64,000 nucleotides of DNA. Origin: Saprospiraceae bacterium. GTDB taxonomy: Bacteria; Bacteroidota; Bacteroidia; Chitinophagales; Saprospiraceae. The stretch is taken from assembly GCA_016712145.1 (NCBI GenBank), contig JADJRO010000001.1:1560868-1624867 (forward strand). The letters run 5' to 3'. Below, one piece after another: positions 11,281 to 22,431 of the stretch (positions within the stretch are counted from its first letter, which is position 1; each line of letters begins with the position of its first letter). The translations under genes and the position numbers were made by a program. The notes beneath the pieces are model-generated. The model did not search any database. It was not told the origin of the DNA and saw only the letters and a program-made list of their open reading frames with translations.

Positions 11281-13062
11281 TGTATCCAAAGTGAATTTTT
11301 CCATTTGAAAAGCTAAGTGTCTGATCTTTAGATTGTCCTAATGCATATTGTAAACTAAAATTACCACTTTTAGTTTGAAATTGAATACCCGTTCCAAAAC
11401 CCATATTATAGGTCCACTCAAAAGCAGTTCCAATTGATTGATTTAAATAAGCCATATCAACAAACAAATTAATAAAACTTGCTCGATCAAGGAAAAATCG
11501 ATATTCAAGTGTTTGAATTAAATCATCAGAACTTTTAAAAAAATCTTCATCAAAACCGCGCAAATCTTTAAAGCCTCCAATTCTAAAAAGCTCATTTGAC
11601 ACCAGACTTCCAGATGCTAAAATGCTTTGGAGATTTGTGCTCAACTTGAATGTGTGCCGTCGGCTCAATTTCAAATAGTAATCTAAATTTAATTGAATTA
11701 AAGCCTGATCCTGATTAATATTTAAACTATCGTATTGCTGCTTTACATTCAATGCATCTGAATTATAAGCTAATAAAATGCTACTTTCCTTAATCTTCTT
11801 TTTCCATATTGCAGATTTACACGAAATTGAAATCCCTTAATAGGTAGGTTTATATTATCCAGACTGGTCCAATGATAGCTAAAGCCTCCAGAAAGATACC
11901 GGTAATCTAACTGCTCTGGCAATCGTTTGGTACTAAGCAAACGCAAAGTATCCGGATTTAATAAGCTAGAAGAACGATAATTGAATGTTGCTTTGATTCC
12001 TTGATTGAATGCAATTGGATAGCTAATGCCTGATTGATTATATAAATCAAAGTACTCTTCTCTATACTTGTATAAATTAATTAATTGGCTTACCCCTATC
12101 GGCAAATAGTTCAAATATGGAAATTCAAATCCCAAATTCAGCCGTGGAGATTGATCATTCAAATTTTCATACTTCATAAAAATACGTTCTGTCATACGAA
12201 AAGCATTATGCAATTCAAAACCACCTTCACCTGTGAGTCTGAATTTCCTGGAGCTTAAACCTGTTTCTGGACTAAATCCCAATATAAAGTCAAATCGATT
12301 TAATTTGTTTTTATCCAGATAAAGCCATACGATTCCTTCATCTCCTAAAAATAAAACCCGTGGCTCACTGCTCAAATGCACTGCAGGTATATTCTTAAAT
12401 ACAAATGGGATATTTTCAACCAATTCTTGATTGTAAATTGATGCAGGAAAAATTCTGGTCAACCGATTTAATACAAAATCTCTTAAAGGCTTCTTGTTCC
12501 TTTGTTCTGTTTGCCTAAACTGGATTCTCGGACCCAGGATCTTATTGATTTGATAATGGAGGGTATCATTTAAAACGCGAACGCCTTGCAATTCAATCTT
12601 ACAAAATGGATATCCTAAGTTTGCCTGGTTTCGAACCCATGCATTCATCAAATTGACAAGATCCGCTGGCTGCAACTGAAAAAAACGCTTATTCGAAAAA
12701 TTACCAACTATTGATTCTAAGCTATCCAATTCCGTTAGAGCCATTTTATATTGCGAACCCTTATAAAGTTTAGCATGAATCGGAGGATTTAAAAAAACTG
12801 AATCTTGACTTGCAAGCAAATGACCATCTTGCAATTGCTTGAATATCCAATGTTCAATTTTTAATTTAAGTTCATGAGTATCCTTTACATTTGCAATTAG
12901 AAACGTATTGCTATCTGGTTTTTCCTGATTCGACAAGTTAATATGATCTGTTTGAGAGATCCCAACGGCAATACCCGCATAGATAACCACTAACCAAATT
13001 AATATCTGGATGGGTGAAACCAATAGACCATATCTCAATCCTGCTGGATTATACATACACAT
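11267..13062 (-). pseudogene. BamA/TamA-family (surface antigen D15-type) outer-membrane protein, split into ORFs 11770..13062 and 11267..11752 by a 1-nt frameshift
   Basis: The C-terminal ORF carries the typical barrel end (ELFRIGGFKDLRGFDEDFF...IHFGYTNFF). Upstream of its TTG, the same frame reads KKKIKESSILLAYNSDALNVKQQYD. Changing A5 to A6 on the sense strand (plus-strand T5 at 11799-11803) joins ...VNLQYGKKKIKESS.... The N-terminal start is uncertain because it would overlap the divergent hemW start. Confidence 0.65.
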
Positions 13063-14173
13063 TCCTTATTGTAAACGAAAATGCAGCTATTGTTGTTTTC
13101 ATTTCTCCACGAATTTAAGTACACGAAACGAATTAGTTCAAGCATTGCTTAAAGAAATAAAAATACGGGCTTCTAATCTACCTAATCATACCATCCATAC
13201 CTTGTATTTCGGTGGAGGGACCCCCTCCTTATTTACTGAAACCGAGCTGTATGAAATTTTACACACCATAAAAGGCAATTACCAATTATTACCTGAAGTA
13301 GAAATAAGCATAGAAGCCAATCCAGATGATATTACAAATGCTTATTCAACGAGTTTATTAAATCTGGGCTTCAATAGAATTAGTATCGGCATACAATCCT
13401 TTTTTGAAGAGGACTTGAAGTGGATGAATAGATCACATACTGCCAATCAATCTCGGGATGCTATTGAAACTGTTATAAATGCTGGATTTACAAACCTGAG
13501 TATTGATTTGATGTATGGGCTTCCAAGCACAGACCAAAATAGATGGAAATACAATCTGAATGAACTTATAAAATATAATATACCCCATTTTTCAGCTTAT
13601 TCTTTGACACTGGAAGAACGCACATCGCTGCATCATTTAGTTAATGAAAAAAAAATAACAATTCCACCTGATGAAGAAACGATTCGGCAGATGAATTATT
13701 TATTAGACTTTTGTGAATTAAATAATTATGAAGCTTATGAAATTTCAAACTTTAGCAAAACTGGGTTTCGCTCAAAACATAATAGTTCCTATTGGGAAGG
13801 GATTCCCTATCTTGGATTTGGCCCATCAGCACATTCCTATATACACCCTTATAGAAGTTGGAATGTATCAAATAATAATGCTTATATCAAAGCATTAATC
13901 AGTGAGGAATCGTTTTCTATGCAAGAAAAATTAAATGCTAATGAACTTTACAACGAGTATATGATGCTGCAACTCCGCAGAATAGAAGGACTTGATTTAG
14001 AATATATAGCGAATCATTTTCCAGAGTTTTTAACATATGCAGAAACCGCATTGCAAAAGCAGCTTAATTTAAAAAATATCCAATTCCTGAATGGTCGTTT
14101 TCAATTAACCCGTCAAGGAAAAACGATTGCAGATTCTGTAAGTTCAGATTTGTTTGTAGTTAGAGATAAATAA
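13010..14173 (+). CDS. hemW: Radical SAM family heme chaperone HemW (HemN-like, oxygen-independent coproporphyrinogen oxidase family)
   Basis: Carries LYIHIPYCKRKCSYCCFHF (CxxxCxxC radical SAM motif), YFGGGTPS and ISIGIQSF; 387 aa. Confidence 0.85.
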   Translation: MGETNRPYLNPAGLYIHIPYCKRKCSYCCFHFSTNLSTRNELVQALLKEIKIRASNLPNHTIHTLYFGGGTPSLFTETELYEILHTIKGNYQLLPEVEISIEANPDDITNAYSTSLLNLGFNRISIGIQSFFEEDLKWMNRSHTANQSRDAIETVINAGFTNLSIDLMYGLPSTDQNRWKYNLNELIKYNIPHFSAYSLTLEERTSLHHLVNEKKITIPPDEETIRQMNYLLDFCELNNYEAYEISNFSKTGFRSKHNSSYWEGIPYLGFGPSAHSYIHPYRSWNVSNNNAYIKALISEESFSMQEKLNANELYNEYMMLQLRRIEGLDLEYIANHFPEFLTYAETALQKQLNLKNIQFLNGRFQLTRQGKTIADSVSSDLFVVRDK

Positions 14174-14258
14174 TTACTATAATTTTATTATGTAACTTTA
14201 TGTTGGTCTTATTTAGCAAGTACAATTTCGCAATTATAAATTCGTAATTTAATTATAA

Positions 14259-14804
14259 ATGCCTTCAGCAATCGGTCATGCTATTTTCGCACTTAGTTTG
14301 AGTCCATTCAGACCCTTTAAAAACAAATTATTGCTCAGCCTAATTTTAGCAATGGTTTGTTCAACGATCCCGGATCTGGATGTGATTGGGTTTGAAGCAG
14401 GCATTCGTTATGGTTCGGTGTGGGGTCACAGGGGATTTTCACATTCCATTCTCTTTTCAATCATCACTGGAGTAGCTGTAAGTTATCTATTTTTTAACGA
14501 TGAATGTGAAACTAAAATCGACCGCTTTTTAATAAGTTTTTTCTTTTTTATAATCACCTTAAGTCATGGTTTATTGGATGCGATGACAGATGGAGGATTG
14601 GGAGTTGGTTTTTTTATTCCAGTTTACAACGAACGTTTTTTCTTTCCAATTAGGCCAATACCTGTTTCGTCCATGCATATTGAAGCATTTTTTACAAGTT
14701 TCGGGTTTTCCATATTTAAACAAGAAATGAAGTTTATAGGGTTCGTTTCAGGATTTGTTTTGATTTCCGGATATTATTGGAGGAAATACTTTTTTAATAA
14801 ATAA
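14259..14804 (+). CDS. Membrane-bound metal-dependent hydrolase, YdjM/DUF457 family
   Basis: Multi-TM 181-aa protein with the motifs IPDLDVIG, GHRGFSHSILFS and LSHGLLDAMTDGG. Confidence 0.65.
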   Translation: MPSAIGHAIFALSLSPFRPFKNKLLLSLILAMVCSTIPDLDVIGFEAGIRYGSVWGHRGFSHSILFSIITGVAVSYLFFNDECETKIDRFLISFFFFIITLSHGLLDAMTDGGLGVGFFIPVYNERFFFPIRPIPVSSMHIEAFFTSFGFSIFKQEMKFIGFVSGFVLISGYYWRKYFFNK

Positions 14805-14806
14805 AA

Positions 14807-15832
14807 TCAGGACATTCTGTTTTTTTCCCATTTCCAGGCAGATTCTAGAATCATATCAAGGTTTCTCGTAGGTTTCCAATCTAATAACTGAATAGCTTTT
14901 GTGTTATCCGCATAAATACTTTCAGTATCCCCTGGTCTTCTTGGGCCCATCTGATAATTCAATTTAACACCACTCAACAATTCAAAGGAATGAATCATTT
15001 CCAACACGCTATGACCTTTCCCAATTCCAAGATTAAATGCATCAAAAGGTAAACCATCCGAATGATTCATTAAATAATTCAAGGCTTTAGTATGAGCATT
15101 TGCCAAATCCATTACATGAATATAATCCCGGATACAAGTTCCATCCGGCGTATTATAATTTGTTCCATGAACAATAAATTGATCGCGCTTTCCAATAGCG
15201 GTCTCAGTAATTACCGGTACCAGATTTAAAGCCGGATTTGTTGGTGCTTCTCCAATTAAAGCGGACTCATGAGCTCCAGCTGGATTGAAATACCTAAGTG
15301 AAATCGCTTTTTGATCAGGACCTGTAAACAAATCTTGTAACATCCATTCGCCAATTTGTTTTGTCCTTCCATAGGGTGAAGTTGCTTCACCAAAAGCAGT
15401 CGCTTCTGTAACTGGTAAGTCGTTTGTTTGACCGTACACCGTGCATGATGATGAATAGATTAGATAAGGGATGCCTGCAAATTTCATCCATTTTAAAACT
15501 TCTATCAATCCACCTACATTGTTCTTATAATAAGTCAATGGATGTTGAACGGATTCACCCACTGCTTTTAATGCAGCAAAATGAATGATTCCCTGAATGT
15601 CCTTCTCTTTTGAAACGAACTCGCGCCAGGAATTTTCAACAGACAGGTCAATTCTGTAATTAATAATTCGCTTACCTGTAATTTTTTGAATCCCATCCAA
15701 TACAGCCTCCGAACTATTGGCCAATGAATCAACAGAAATTACATCATATCCGGAATTCAACAGATCAATGATTGCATGACTCCCGATATACCCACATCCA
15801 CCAGTAACCGCTATTTTTATTTTAGTATTCAT
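14807..15832 (-). CDS. galE: UDP-glucose 4-epimerase
   Basis: Carries KIAVTGGCGYIGSHAIIDLL (Rossmann GxxGxxG), SSSCTVYG and YGRTK (YxxxK); 341 aa. Confidence 0.9.
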   Translation of the reverse strand: MNTKIKIAVTGGCGYIGSHAIIDLLNSGYDVISVDSLANSSEAVLDGIQKITGKRIINYRIDLSVENSWREFVSKEKDIQGIIHFAALKAVGESVQHPLTYYKNNVGGLIEVLKWMKFAGIPYLIYSSSCTVYGQTNDLPVTEATAFGEATSPYGRTKQIGEWMLQDLFTGPDQKAISLRYFNPAGAHESALIGEAPTNPALNLVPVITETAIGKRDQFIVHGTNYNTPDGTCIRDYIHVMDLANAHTKALNYLMNHSDGLPFDAFNLGIGKGHSVLEMIHSFELLSGVKLNYQMGPRRPGDTESIYADNTKAIQLLDWKPTRNLDMILESAWKWEKNRMS

Positions 15833-17654
15833 TCCTCATTTTTAAATTCCAAAACAGTTTGGTCAAAATAATCCAACACTTTTTTAGTAATTTCGGGACC
15901 AACCAAATTAAGCAATTCGTCTTTCTCTGCATCCTTCAAACCTTGAATCGAACCAAATTTTGTCAATATTTTTTGTGCTGTTTTGGTACCAACCCCCTTG
16001 ATATTGAGTAATTCTGTTTTTATAAAATTTTTTGAGCGTTGATTTCTATGGAAATTCAGTCCAAATCGATGTGCTTCATTTCTCAATTGCTGGATTAACT
16101 TTAGAGATTCACTTTTTTTATTGATATGTAATGGAATTGGATCGTTTGGAAAATAAATCTCCTCCAATTTTTTTGCAATACCAATAATTGCAAGTTGATT
16201 TTGTAATCCCAATGCCTCAATGGATTTTATAGCTGAGGATAACTGACCTTTTCCGCCATCAATAATGATTAATTGGGGTAAACTTTGTCCTTCATCCTGC
16301 AATCGTTTGTATCGGCGGTAAACAACCTCCTCCATGGATGCAAAATCATTTGGCCCAACCACACTTTTGATATTAAAATGCCTGTAATCCTTTTTGTATG
16401 GTTTCGCATTTCTAAACACTACACAAGCGGCCACTGGATTTGATCCCTGAATATTGGAATTATCAAAACATTCAATATGGATCGGAAGTTCTTTTAATTG
16501 CAATTCTTCCTGCAAGGTCTTCAAAATGCGTTCATAAGGAAGCATTTTGGTGCCATGGTTCATTCGCTCCTTCTTTTTTTGAAGCTGGTAATATTGAATA
16601 TTACTAATTGATAATTCCAATAATTTTTTCTTATCACCTGACTTAGGAACCGTAATTTCTGTTTTGTCATCAGGGATGTATACATGAAACGGAACAATAA
16701 TTTCAGGAGCCTGGCTATCAAATTTATCCCGCAACTCCGGAATAGCTAATGCTAAGATCTGAGCCGGATCCTCATCACAATTTTTGTTGCTTCGAGTGTA
16801 TACGTATGGATTACAGCACCGTCAATTACTTTTAAAAAATGAATATAGGCTTCCTGATCATCATATGCAATAGAAAACACATCCACATCCTTAATTGAAG
16901 TACTTACAACGGTTGACTTTCCCTGATAATCTTCAAATGCATTTAATTTAATTTTACATTGATGTGCTTTTTCAAATTCCATATTCTCTGCAAAGCCATT
17001 CATCTGGGAGAGTAAAAATTCTTTAACTTTTTTCAAGTGCCCCTTGAGTATATTTTTAATCTGGTCAATTTTAAGTTTGTAATCTTCAACAGATTCAAAA
17101 TGTTGGCAAGGGCCATGGCAGTTTTTTATATGGTACTCCAAACAAACTTTATATTGATTTCTGGATAAGGCAACAGGACTTAAATTTAAATTACAAGTTC
17201 GAAGTGGAAAAAGTGTTTTTATCAAATCCAAAATAATTTCAGCTTTATATTTAGATGCATAGGGTCCAAAATAAACAGAACCATCTTTTATCAATCTACG
17301 TGTAAAAAATACTCTTGGAAAATCTTCCTTTTTTATACAAATATAGGTGTAGGTTTTCCCATCCTTGAGCATTACATTATACCGGGGCTGGTGGGTTTTA
17401 ATTAAGGAATTTTCTAATAAAAGCGCATCTTGTTCTGAGTCAGTAATTGTAAATTCAATTGATTTGGCTTTGCGCACCAATGCCTTGGTTTTTGCCAGTA
17501 TGTATTTCTTTTCTCCAAAATAGGTGTTGAGACGATTTCTTAGATTCTTAGCTTTCCCAACATAAAGAATTTCCTCTTTAGCTCCCATAAAGCGATATAC
17601 CCCGGGATCTCTGGGAATGGAATCAAGAATCAATTTAAAGTCATCTAAAGTCAC
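15829..17654 (-). pseudogene. uvrC: Excinuclease ABC subunit C (UvrC), split into 16752..17654 and 15829..16734 by a 1-nt frameshift
   Basis: The N-terminal ORF has the GIY-YIG domain (GVYRFMGAKEEILYVGKAKNLRNRLNTYF). The C-terminal ORF has the RNase H-like and (HhH)2 regions. Upstream of its TTG the frame reads KNCDEDPAQILALAIPELRDKF. Changing sense A5 to A6 (plus-strand T5 at 16781-16785) restores ...LEATKNCDEDPAQIL.... The combined length is about 608 aa. Confidence 0.85.
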
Positions 17655-17721
17655 GAATGCAAAAATAATCCAAAAGCGCAGGCTTTAGAAGCTTTGAATA
17701 TCTTGATACTTAATAACTTAA

Positions 17722-18552
17722 TTAGGCAGTAGCCTCAACGATCGGAACGGTTTCTTTATCTGAGCATAACACCACCATTAGATTACTGACCAGTTTCACT
17801 TTTTCATGATCGTCCATTTTGACAATTCCTTTATCAGACAATTGCTTTAAAGCTCCATCTACCATGCCAATAGCTCCTTCAACTATTTTATATCGAGCCG
17901 ATACAATCGCCTCTGCTTGTTGTCTTTTAAGCATCGCTGCAGCAATTTCCGGAGCATAGGCTAGATAGCCAATTCTGGCTTCTAAAACTTCAATGCCAGC
18001 AATTTCCAGCCTTTCATGAAGTTCTTTTTCCAATACTCTATTCACTTCACTTTCTTCTGATCGTAGGGTAATTTCCTTATGGTCATCAACATGATCGTAG
18101 GAGAAACTTCCTGCAAGTTTCCGAACTGCTGCATCTGTTTGCACTTTCACGAAATGCAAATAATCTTCAACTTCAAATTGTGCTTTAAACGTATTCCTTA
18201 CTTTCCAAACCAGGATAACCCCAATTTGAATGGGATTCCCGCGTTTATCATTCACTTTTAGGCGATCGCTTTCAAAATTCCGAGCACGAAGGGATAGATT
18301 TCTTTTTAGAAAAAACGGATTGGCCCAATAAAATCCATCCTGCTTGATCGAACCAACATATTTTCCAAAAAGTGTCATTACTTTGGAATTGTTTGGGTTT
18401 ACAATTATAAAACCCAGTAAAACCAAGGCAAGGACAAATCCTGAAATAATTTTAAATACAGGATCTTCAACTAGAACAATCAATACTACAATTACCAAGG
18501 CGAACAATAGCATGATCCAACCCGAAATTGGTTTAAACACTTTTTCATCCAT
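17722..18552 (-). CDS. SPFH/Band-7 (stomatin/prohibitin-like) domain membrane protein
   Basis: Two N-terminal TM segments are followed by an SPFH-like core (RARNFESDRLKVNDKRGNPIQIGVILVWKV...EIAAAMLKRQQAEAIV). Confidence 0.7.
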   Translation of the reverse strand: MDEKVFKPISGWIMLLFALVIVVLIVLVEDPVFKIISGFVLALVLLGFIIVNPNNSKVMTLFGKYVGSIKQDGFYWANPFFLKRNLSLRARNFESDRLKVNDKRGNPIQIGVILVWKVRNTFKAQFEVEDYLHFVKVQTDAAVRKLAGSFSYDHVDDHKEITLRSEESEVNRVLEKELHERLEIAGIEVLEARIGYLAYAPEIAAAMLKRQQAEAIVSARYKIVEGAIGMVDGALKQLSDKGIVKMDDHEKVKLVSNLMVVLCSDKETVPIVEATA

Positions 18553-18638
18553 GTGTTTTCGTATTAAACGGTCAATAAATAGTTAAACAAATAAATTCTG
18601 GCTAAATGGCCAGTATACTATTTAACACACTAATAGAA

Positions 18639-19703
18639 TTATTGGTTCCTTTTACCGTTTGATTTAAGTTCTTTGGCTTTCATTTCTTCATATTTAAAGC
18701 CTTTTAAACGATGTAAATCGGCTTCTGCAGCTATGTAAGCCATTTGATTCCAAAACGGACTGCTCTCGATTTTTTCAAGGACACGAATTTGTTTATCCTG
18801 AGTTCCTGCCAATTCCGCTTTAAGAGCGATTGCATATGCTTTAACAGTCCAAGCCAATGCTTCTTCAGAAGTCGTTGGAAGTTGGTCAAGATTTACTAAT
18901 TCCGACTCTTTAATGCTTCCTTTAAGATATAACAATGCATCTAAATAGGGCTTTGTAACAGGCATGATAAACATCTTTGGATCTGCAGATTCTAATATGT
19001 TTTTTGCATCCTGTACTCTGCCAGATCGGCTATAGGCCTGATACTGCCAATAATAAGCCATGCAATACAAATCTGAATTAGTTGAAAAATCACCACAGAC
19101 TTCAAACATTTTTTCAGCGTTTGGAAAATCATTTTGACATTGAAATGCCAATCCCATCCACTTGTAAATTTCATAATGCATGCCTGCATTGATTTTTTTC
19201 TCGATCTCTGTTTTTTCAAGCATCCCTTTCACATCTTTTTGTCCTTCAACCGCTTTTCCTGCTTTCCAAAAATCATTTACGGCAGGACCAAATTGCCTGC
19301 CCTGAACAAAAGCAATGCCTCGATATAAATACAGATCCGCTGTGTTTGAAAATTGTTCAATGCCTTTACTCAAAACCTGAATGGCATTTTCAACATAACC
19401 GCATTTTAAATTTTGGGCACCATAAGAAACATAAGACTTCACATCGTCCAAATGGCCCAGATAAAAATTTCGGCTTGCATCCAATTTTGCGTTGTTCTGT
19501 GTTTTAATGGAATCCGGCTCCGGCAATTCCTTTAATGGTTTTCCATCCAGGGTTACTGCATAGGTTGATCCGGCAAGATTTTCGTCAGCAATTGCCTGGG
19601 CTGTTTGTGCTTGTTCAGGCAACGCTTTTGGTTCAGATTTACAACCAAGTAAATTAAAGAGACTTCCAAATACCATTAAAACTAAAACTGTATTGAATTT
19701 CAT
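18639..19703 (-). CDS. TPR-like repeat lipoprotein, function unknown
   Basis: Lipobox start MKFNTVLVLMVFGSLFNLLGC at ATG 19703; the track start at 19751 is less likely. The body is helical-repeat-like (YLYRGIAFVQ..., YKWMGLAFQ...). Confidence 0.5.
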   Translation of the reverse strand: MKFNTVLVLMVFGSLFNLLGCKSEPKALPEQAQTAQAIADENLAGSTYAVTLDGKPLKELPEPDSIKTQNNAKLDASRNFYLGHLDDVKSYVSYGAQNLKCGYVENAIQVLSKGIEQFSNTADLYLYRGIAFVQGRQFGPAVNDFWKAGKAVEGQKDVKGMLEKTEIEKKINAGMHYEIYKWMGLAFQCQNDFPNAEKMFEVCGDFSTNSDLYCMAYYWQYQAYSRSGRVQDAKNILESADPKMFIMPVTKPYLDALLYLKGSIKESELVNLDQLPTTSEEALAWTVKAYAIALKAELAGTQDKQIRVLEKIESSPFWNQMAYIAAEADLHRLKGFKYEEMKAKELKSNGKRNQ

Positions 19704-19834
19704 CAGACATTTATTTAAGATCACAAAATTCCTAAGTTTTATTAATTTCATTCTTTTCTTTGAGAGCCATTAACAAAACCCCGGTTTTGTATTATAATTC
19801 AATGTAAATCAATCATTTAAATAAATTTTAATTT

Positions 19835-20557
19835 TTGAAATTTCAATTCGTCTGTCTGGATTCTTCACTTTGCCTTATCAATTTGTTATTTCTTGGCCTT
19901 TGGGTATTGATTTTAACAAACTGCAATGTTCCAGAATCTGATTTTGAACCCTGCTCTCGGCATTATGAATTGGAGTCGCTGAGACCAGCTGAAGTTAGCT
20001 TCGATTGGATCCCTTATCATAGCGGTCAAATTTTGATTGCCAGTTCTCAAACTGGAGCAACTTGTCCTTTTAGGGTGGATAGTTTCCCGATAATTTCCAA
20101 AAGTGAACGCTCATTCTTTGAAATTCCTTGTTATGAGGATTCTTCAAAAACAAACCAGGTATTCTATGCAAGCAGGGTATATCAATGTAAATTAATCAAC
20201 CAGACCGCATTGGTAGCAATTCGTGAAATACACATTACATTATATGTCTTCTTAGACGAACTTAACAGCCAATTAGACCAACTCAAAATGGCCGATATTT
20301 TAGAAATAAGCCTTGTTTTAAATAATGGCACGCTGTCTGGGGAAAAAGTGCATACTTTAAAGTTTCCAGTTTTAGACCGAGGAATTTCCAATTTATTTAA
20401 ATCGAATTATGCATTCGATCCTGAATTGATCGTTGCTGGTAAAAAATTACAACAAGTTTATTCAAATTATGAGACCAATGAAAAATACAAAATCTTTTAT
20501 TCAGTTCAGGGACTCCTTGGATTTGAACTTCCAGATGGAAACCAATATCTATTTTAA
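19835..20557 (+). CDS. Hypothetical protein with an N-terminal signal/anchor
   Basis: 240-aa ORF with a hydrophobic N-terminus (LINLLFLGLWVLILTNC). I recognise no family. Confidence 0.4.
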   Translation: MKFQFVCLDSSLCLINLLFLGLWVLILTNCNVPESDFEPCSRHYELESLRPAEVSFDWIPYHSGQILIASSQTGATCPFRVDSFPIISKSERSFFEIPCYEDSSKTNQVFYASRVYQCKLINQTALVAIREIHITLYVFLDELNSQLDQLKMADILEISLVLNNGTLSGEKVHTLKFPVLDRGISNLFKSNYAFDPELIVAGKKLQQVYSNYETNEKYKIFYSVQGLLGFELPDGNQYLF

Positions 20558-20581
20558 TAGTATCCAACGCCTCAATTCAAT

Positions 20582-21742
20582 ATGAAATCGTTAAAGTGGT
20601 ATTTCTTTAGTTTGTTGGCCCTCCTACTGTTTGAATTCTTGCGAGTCTATTTTATAATGCCACTTCCTGGTAGTCAAAAATTTCAAACTGTGGATATTGC
20701 TTATGGATTACATCAAAACAGATGGTTGATTCGAAGTATTTGTTGTTTATTAATTTTACTAAACCTACACTTTGCATATCAGCAGTCCAAAATAAAAAGT
20801 ATGCTATTTCTTGTGTTTGTGATTTTTTCAATTACTTTCATAGAAACTCAAATGATGGCTGACACTATGTTTTATCAACCAAAACAACTCATTTTAAAAA
20901 ATTCTTCAGAAAATAAGATTCCTTTAACCCGTCAAATTATTGGAATCCAACAAGGTCAAGAAGCAAAAGCCTATCCCATTTCATTTCTAACCTACCACCA
21001 TCAGGTTCGTGATCAAATTAATGGGCAGGATGCATTAATTAGTTATTGTTCTGTATGTCGCTCCGGAAGAGTTTTTATACCACAAGTTAATGGGCAAACG
21101 GAAACTTTTCGACTGGTTGGGATGGATCAGTTCAATGCAATGTTTGAAGATTCAAAAACCGGAAGCTGGTGGCGACAAGAAAATGGAGAAGCAATTACCG
21201 GACCCTTGAAAGGCCAAATGCTGGAACTTTTTCCGAGTACACAGCTCAGTTTAGCTCAATGGTTGGCATTATATCCAAACAGTAAAATCATGCAGGCGGA
21301 TCCTGCTTTTAATTCAAGCTATGATAGTCTGGCATTATTTGAACAAGGAAAGTCAAAAGGATCTTTAACAAAGACTGATACAAGCTCATGGGGAGAAAAA
21401 TCCTGGGTCATTGGCATCTCAAAAAATAATGAACATCTAGCAATTGATTGGAATCGTCTGCAACGCGAAAAACAAATTGTGTTTAATTTAGGTGGTCAAA
21501 ATTGCTTTATCACATTGACAACTTCGAATGCAGACTATTTTGCTTTTGAAGTCCCGTTCGAATTTAAAAACATCAACCTTAAACAAGACACCATCTTCCT
21601 GGATCAGTTTCGTTATAGTTTAAATGGAAAGTGTATCGATTGCCCAGAAACTGATGCATCCAAAAATCTCATATCCTTACCGGCATACCAGGAATTTTGG
21701 CATAGCTGGAGAACCTTTCATTCAAATTCTCGAATTTATTAA
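20582..21742 (+). CDS. DUF3179-domain membrane protein
   Basis: N-terminal TM segments are followed by a domain with AKAYPISFLTYHHQVRDQINGQDALISYCSVCRSGRVF and FRLVGMDQFNAMFEDSKTGSWW, which is typical of DUF3179. Confidence 0.6.
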   Translation: MKSLKWYFFSLLALLLFEFLRVYFIMPLPGSQKFQTVDIAYGLHQNRWLIRSICCLLILLNLHFAYQQSKIKSMLFLVFVIFSITFIETQMMADTMFYQPKQLILKNSSENKIPLTRQIIGIQQGQEAKAYPISFLTYHHQVRDQINGQDALISYCSVCRSGRVFIPQVNGQTETFRLVGMDQFNAMFEDSKTGSWWRQENGEAITGPLKGQMLELFPSTQLSLAQWLALYPNSKIMQADPAFNSSYDSLALFEQGKSKGSLTKTDTSSWGEKSWVIGISKNNEHLAIDWNRLQREKQIVFNLGGQNCFITLTTSNADYFAFEVPFEFKNINLKQDTIFLDQFRYSLNGKCIDCPETDASKNLISLPAYQEFWHSWRTFHSNSRIY

Positions 21743-21757
21743 ACAGGTAATTAAATT

Positions 21758-21788
21758 AGAAAGCCCGATAACAATTATCGGGCTTTCT
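21758..21788. terminator. Perfect 14-bp-stem hairpin between convergent genes (probable bidirectional terminator)
   Basis: agaaagcccgataa-caa-ttatcgggctttct lies between the stop of 20582..21742 (+) and the stop of 21807..22427 (-). Confidence 0.55.
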
Positions 21789-21806
21789 ATAAAACCGCAT
21801 TTCAAT

Positions 21807-22427
21807 CTATTCAAATTTTTTACTTCCATCATTTTGGATGACATAGCGAAAACTATAATATCGCGCAGGGTCCCTTTGGGCATTTGGATTTGCCGGAGCA
21901 TCTTTATAAAAACTTAAAATTTCCATTTTAACATATTTGTTATTATTTGTTTTTATTACAAATACTTTACCTGGCTTTGGACTTATAATATAACTTACCG
22001 GATCATAATTGTACCAAGATTTACCGATAGCAAGCTCTGTTGGTGTAAGGTCCTTTTTGAAAACCGAATCTTGTGGAATTACTTTTAAATCAGAAAATAA
22101 ACCATTAAATGTAAATGCTTCAGCTTGACCGGGTCCACTGGATTGACTATTGATTAAAATTGTTGTTGAACGAAATGCAATATCCCATTTTGCAGTAGCG
22201 CTGTCGGAATTCGGTACAATCGTGCTATCTGAAAATCTAAAAAAGGTAAATAAATTTGAAAACCCTGAAGGTGCACCGGTATTCGGATCATAAGATGTGG
22301 CAGGATCTGCAGCCAGATTGTTAATATTTACAGTTTGAATGTTAACTCCTGTAATTGGATCATCATCACTGCATGAAAGTAGGCTGCTTATAATTCCAAC
22401 TCCCAATAATAAATACCATGTTTTCAT
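21807..22427 (-). CDS. HmuY-like (heme-binding) lipoprotein
   Basis: Lipobox LLSCSDD. The motifs KWDIAFRSTTIL and KVFVIKTNNNKYVKMEILSFY parallel HmuY WDMALHRYDV / RVFFVRGADGNIAKVQFTDY. It lies 4 nt downstream of a TonB-dependent receptor gene. Confidence 0.55.
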   Translation of the reverse strand: MKTWYLLLGVGIISSLLSCSDDDPITGVNIQTVNINNLAADPATSYDPNTGAPSGFSNLFTFFRFSDSTIVPNSDSATAKWDIAFRSTTILINSQSSGPGQAEAFTFNGLFSDLKVIPQDSVFKKDLTPTELAIGKSWYNYDPVSYIISPKPGKVFVIKTNNNKYVKMEILSFYKDAPANPNAQRDPARYYSFRYVIQNDGSKKFE

Positions 22428-22431
22428 AATT

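Noticed and set aside
13010-13062. Apparent 53-nt head-to-head overlap of hemW and the BamA-like gene.
   Set aside because: It most likely reflects an over-extended N-terminus of the BamA-like ORF. Alternative TTG/GTG starts exist downstream (e.g. near 13023), so it is not treated as a real overlap.
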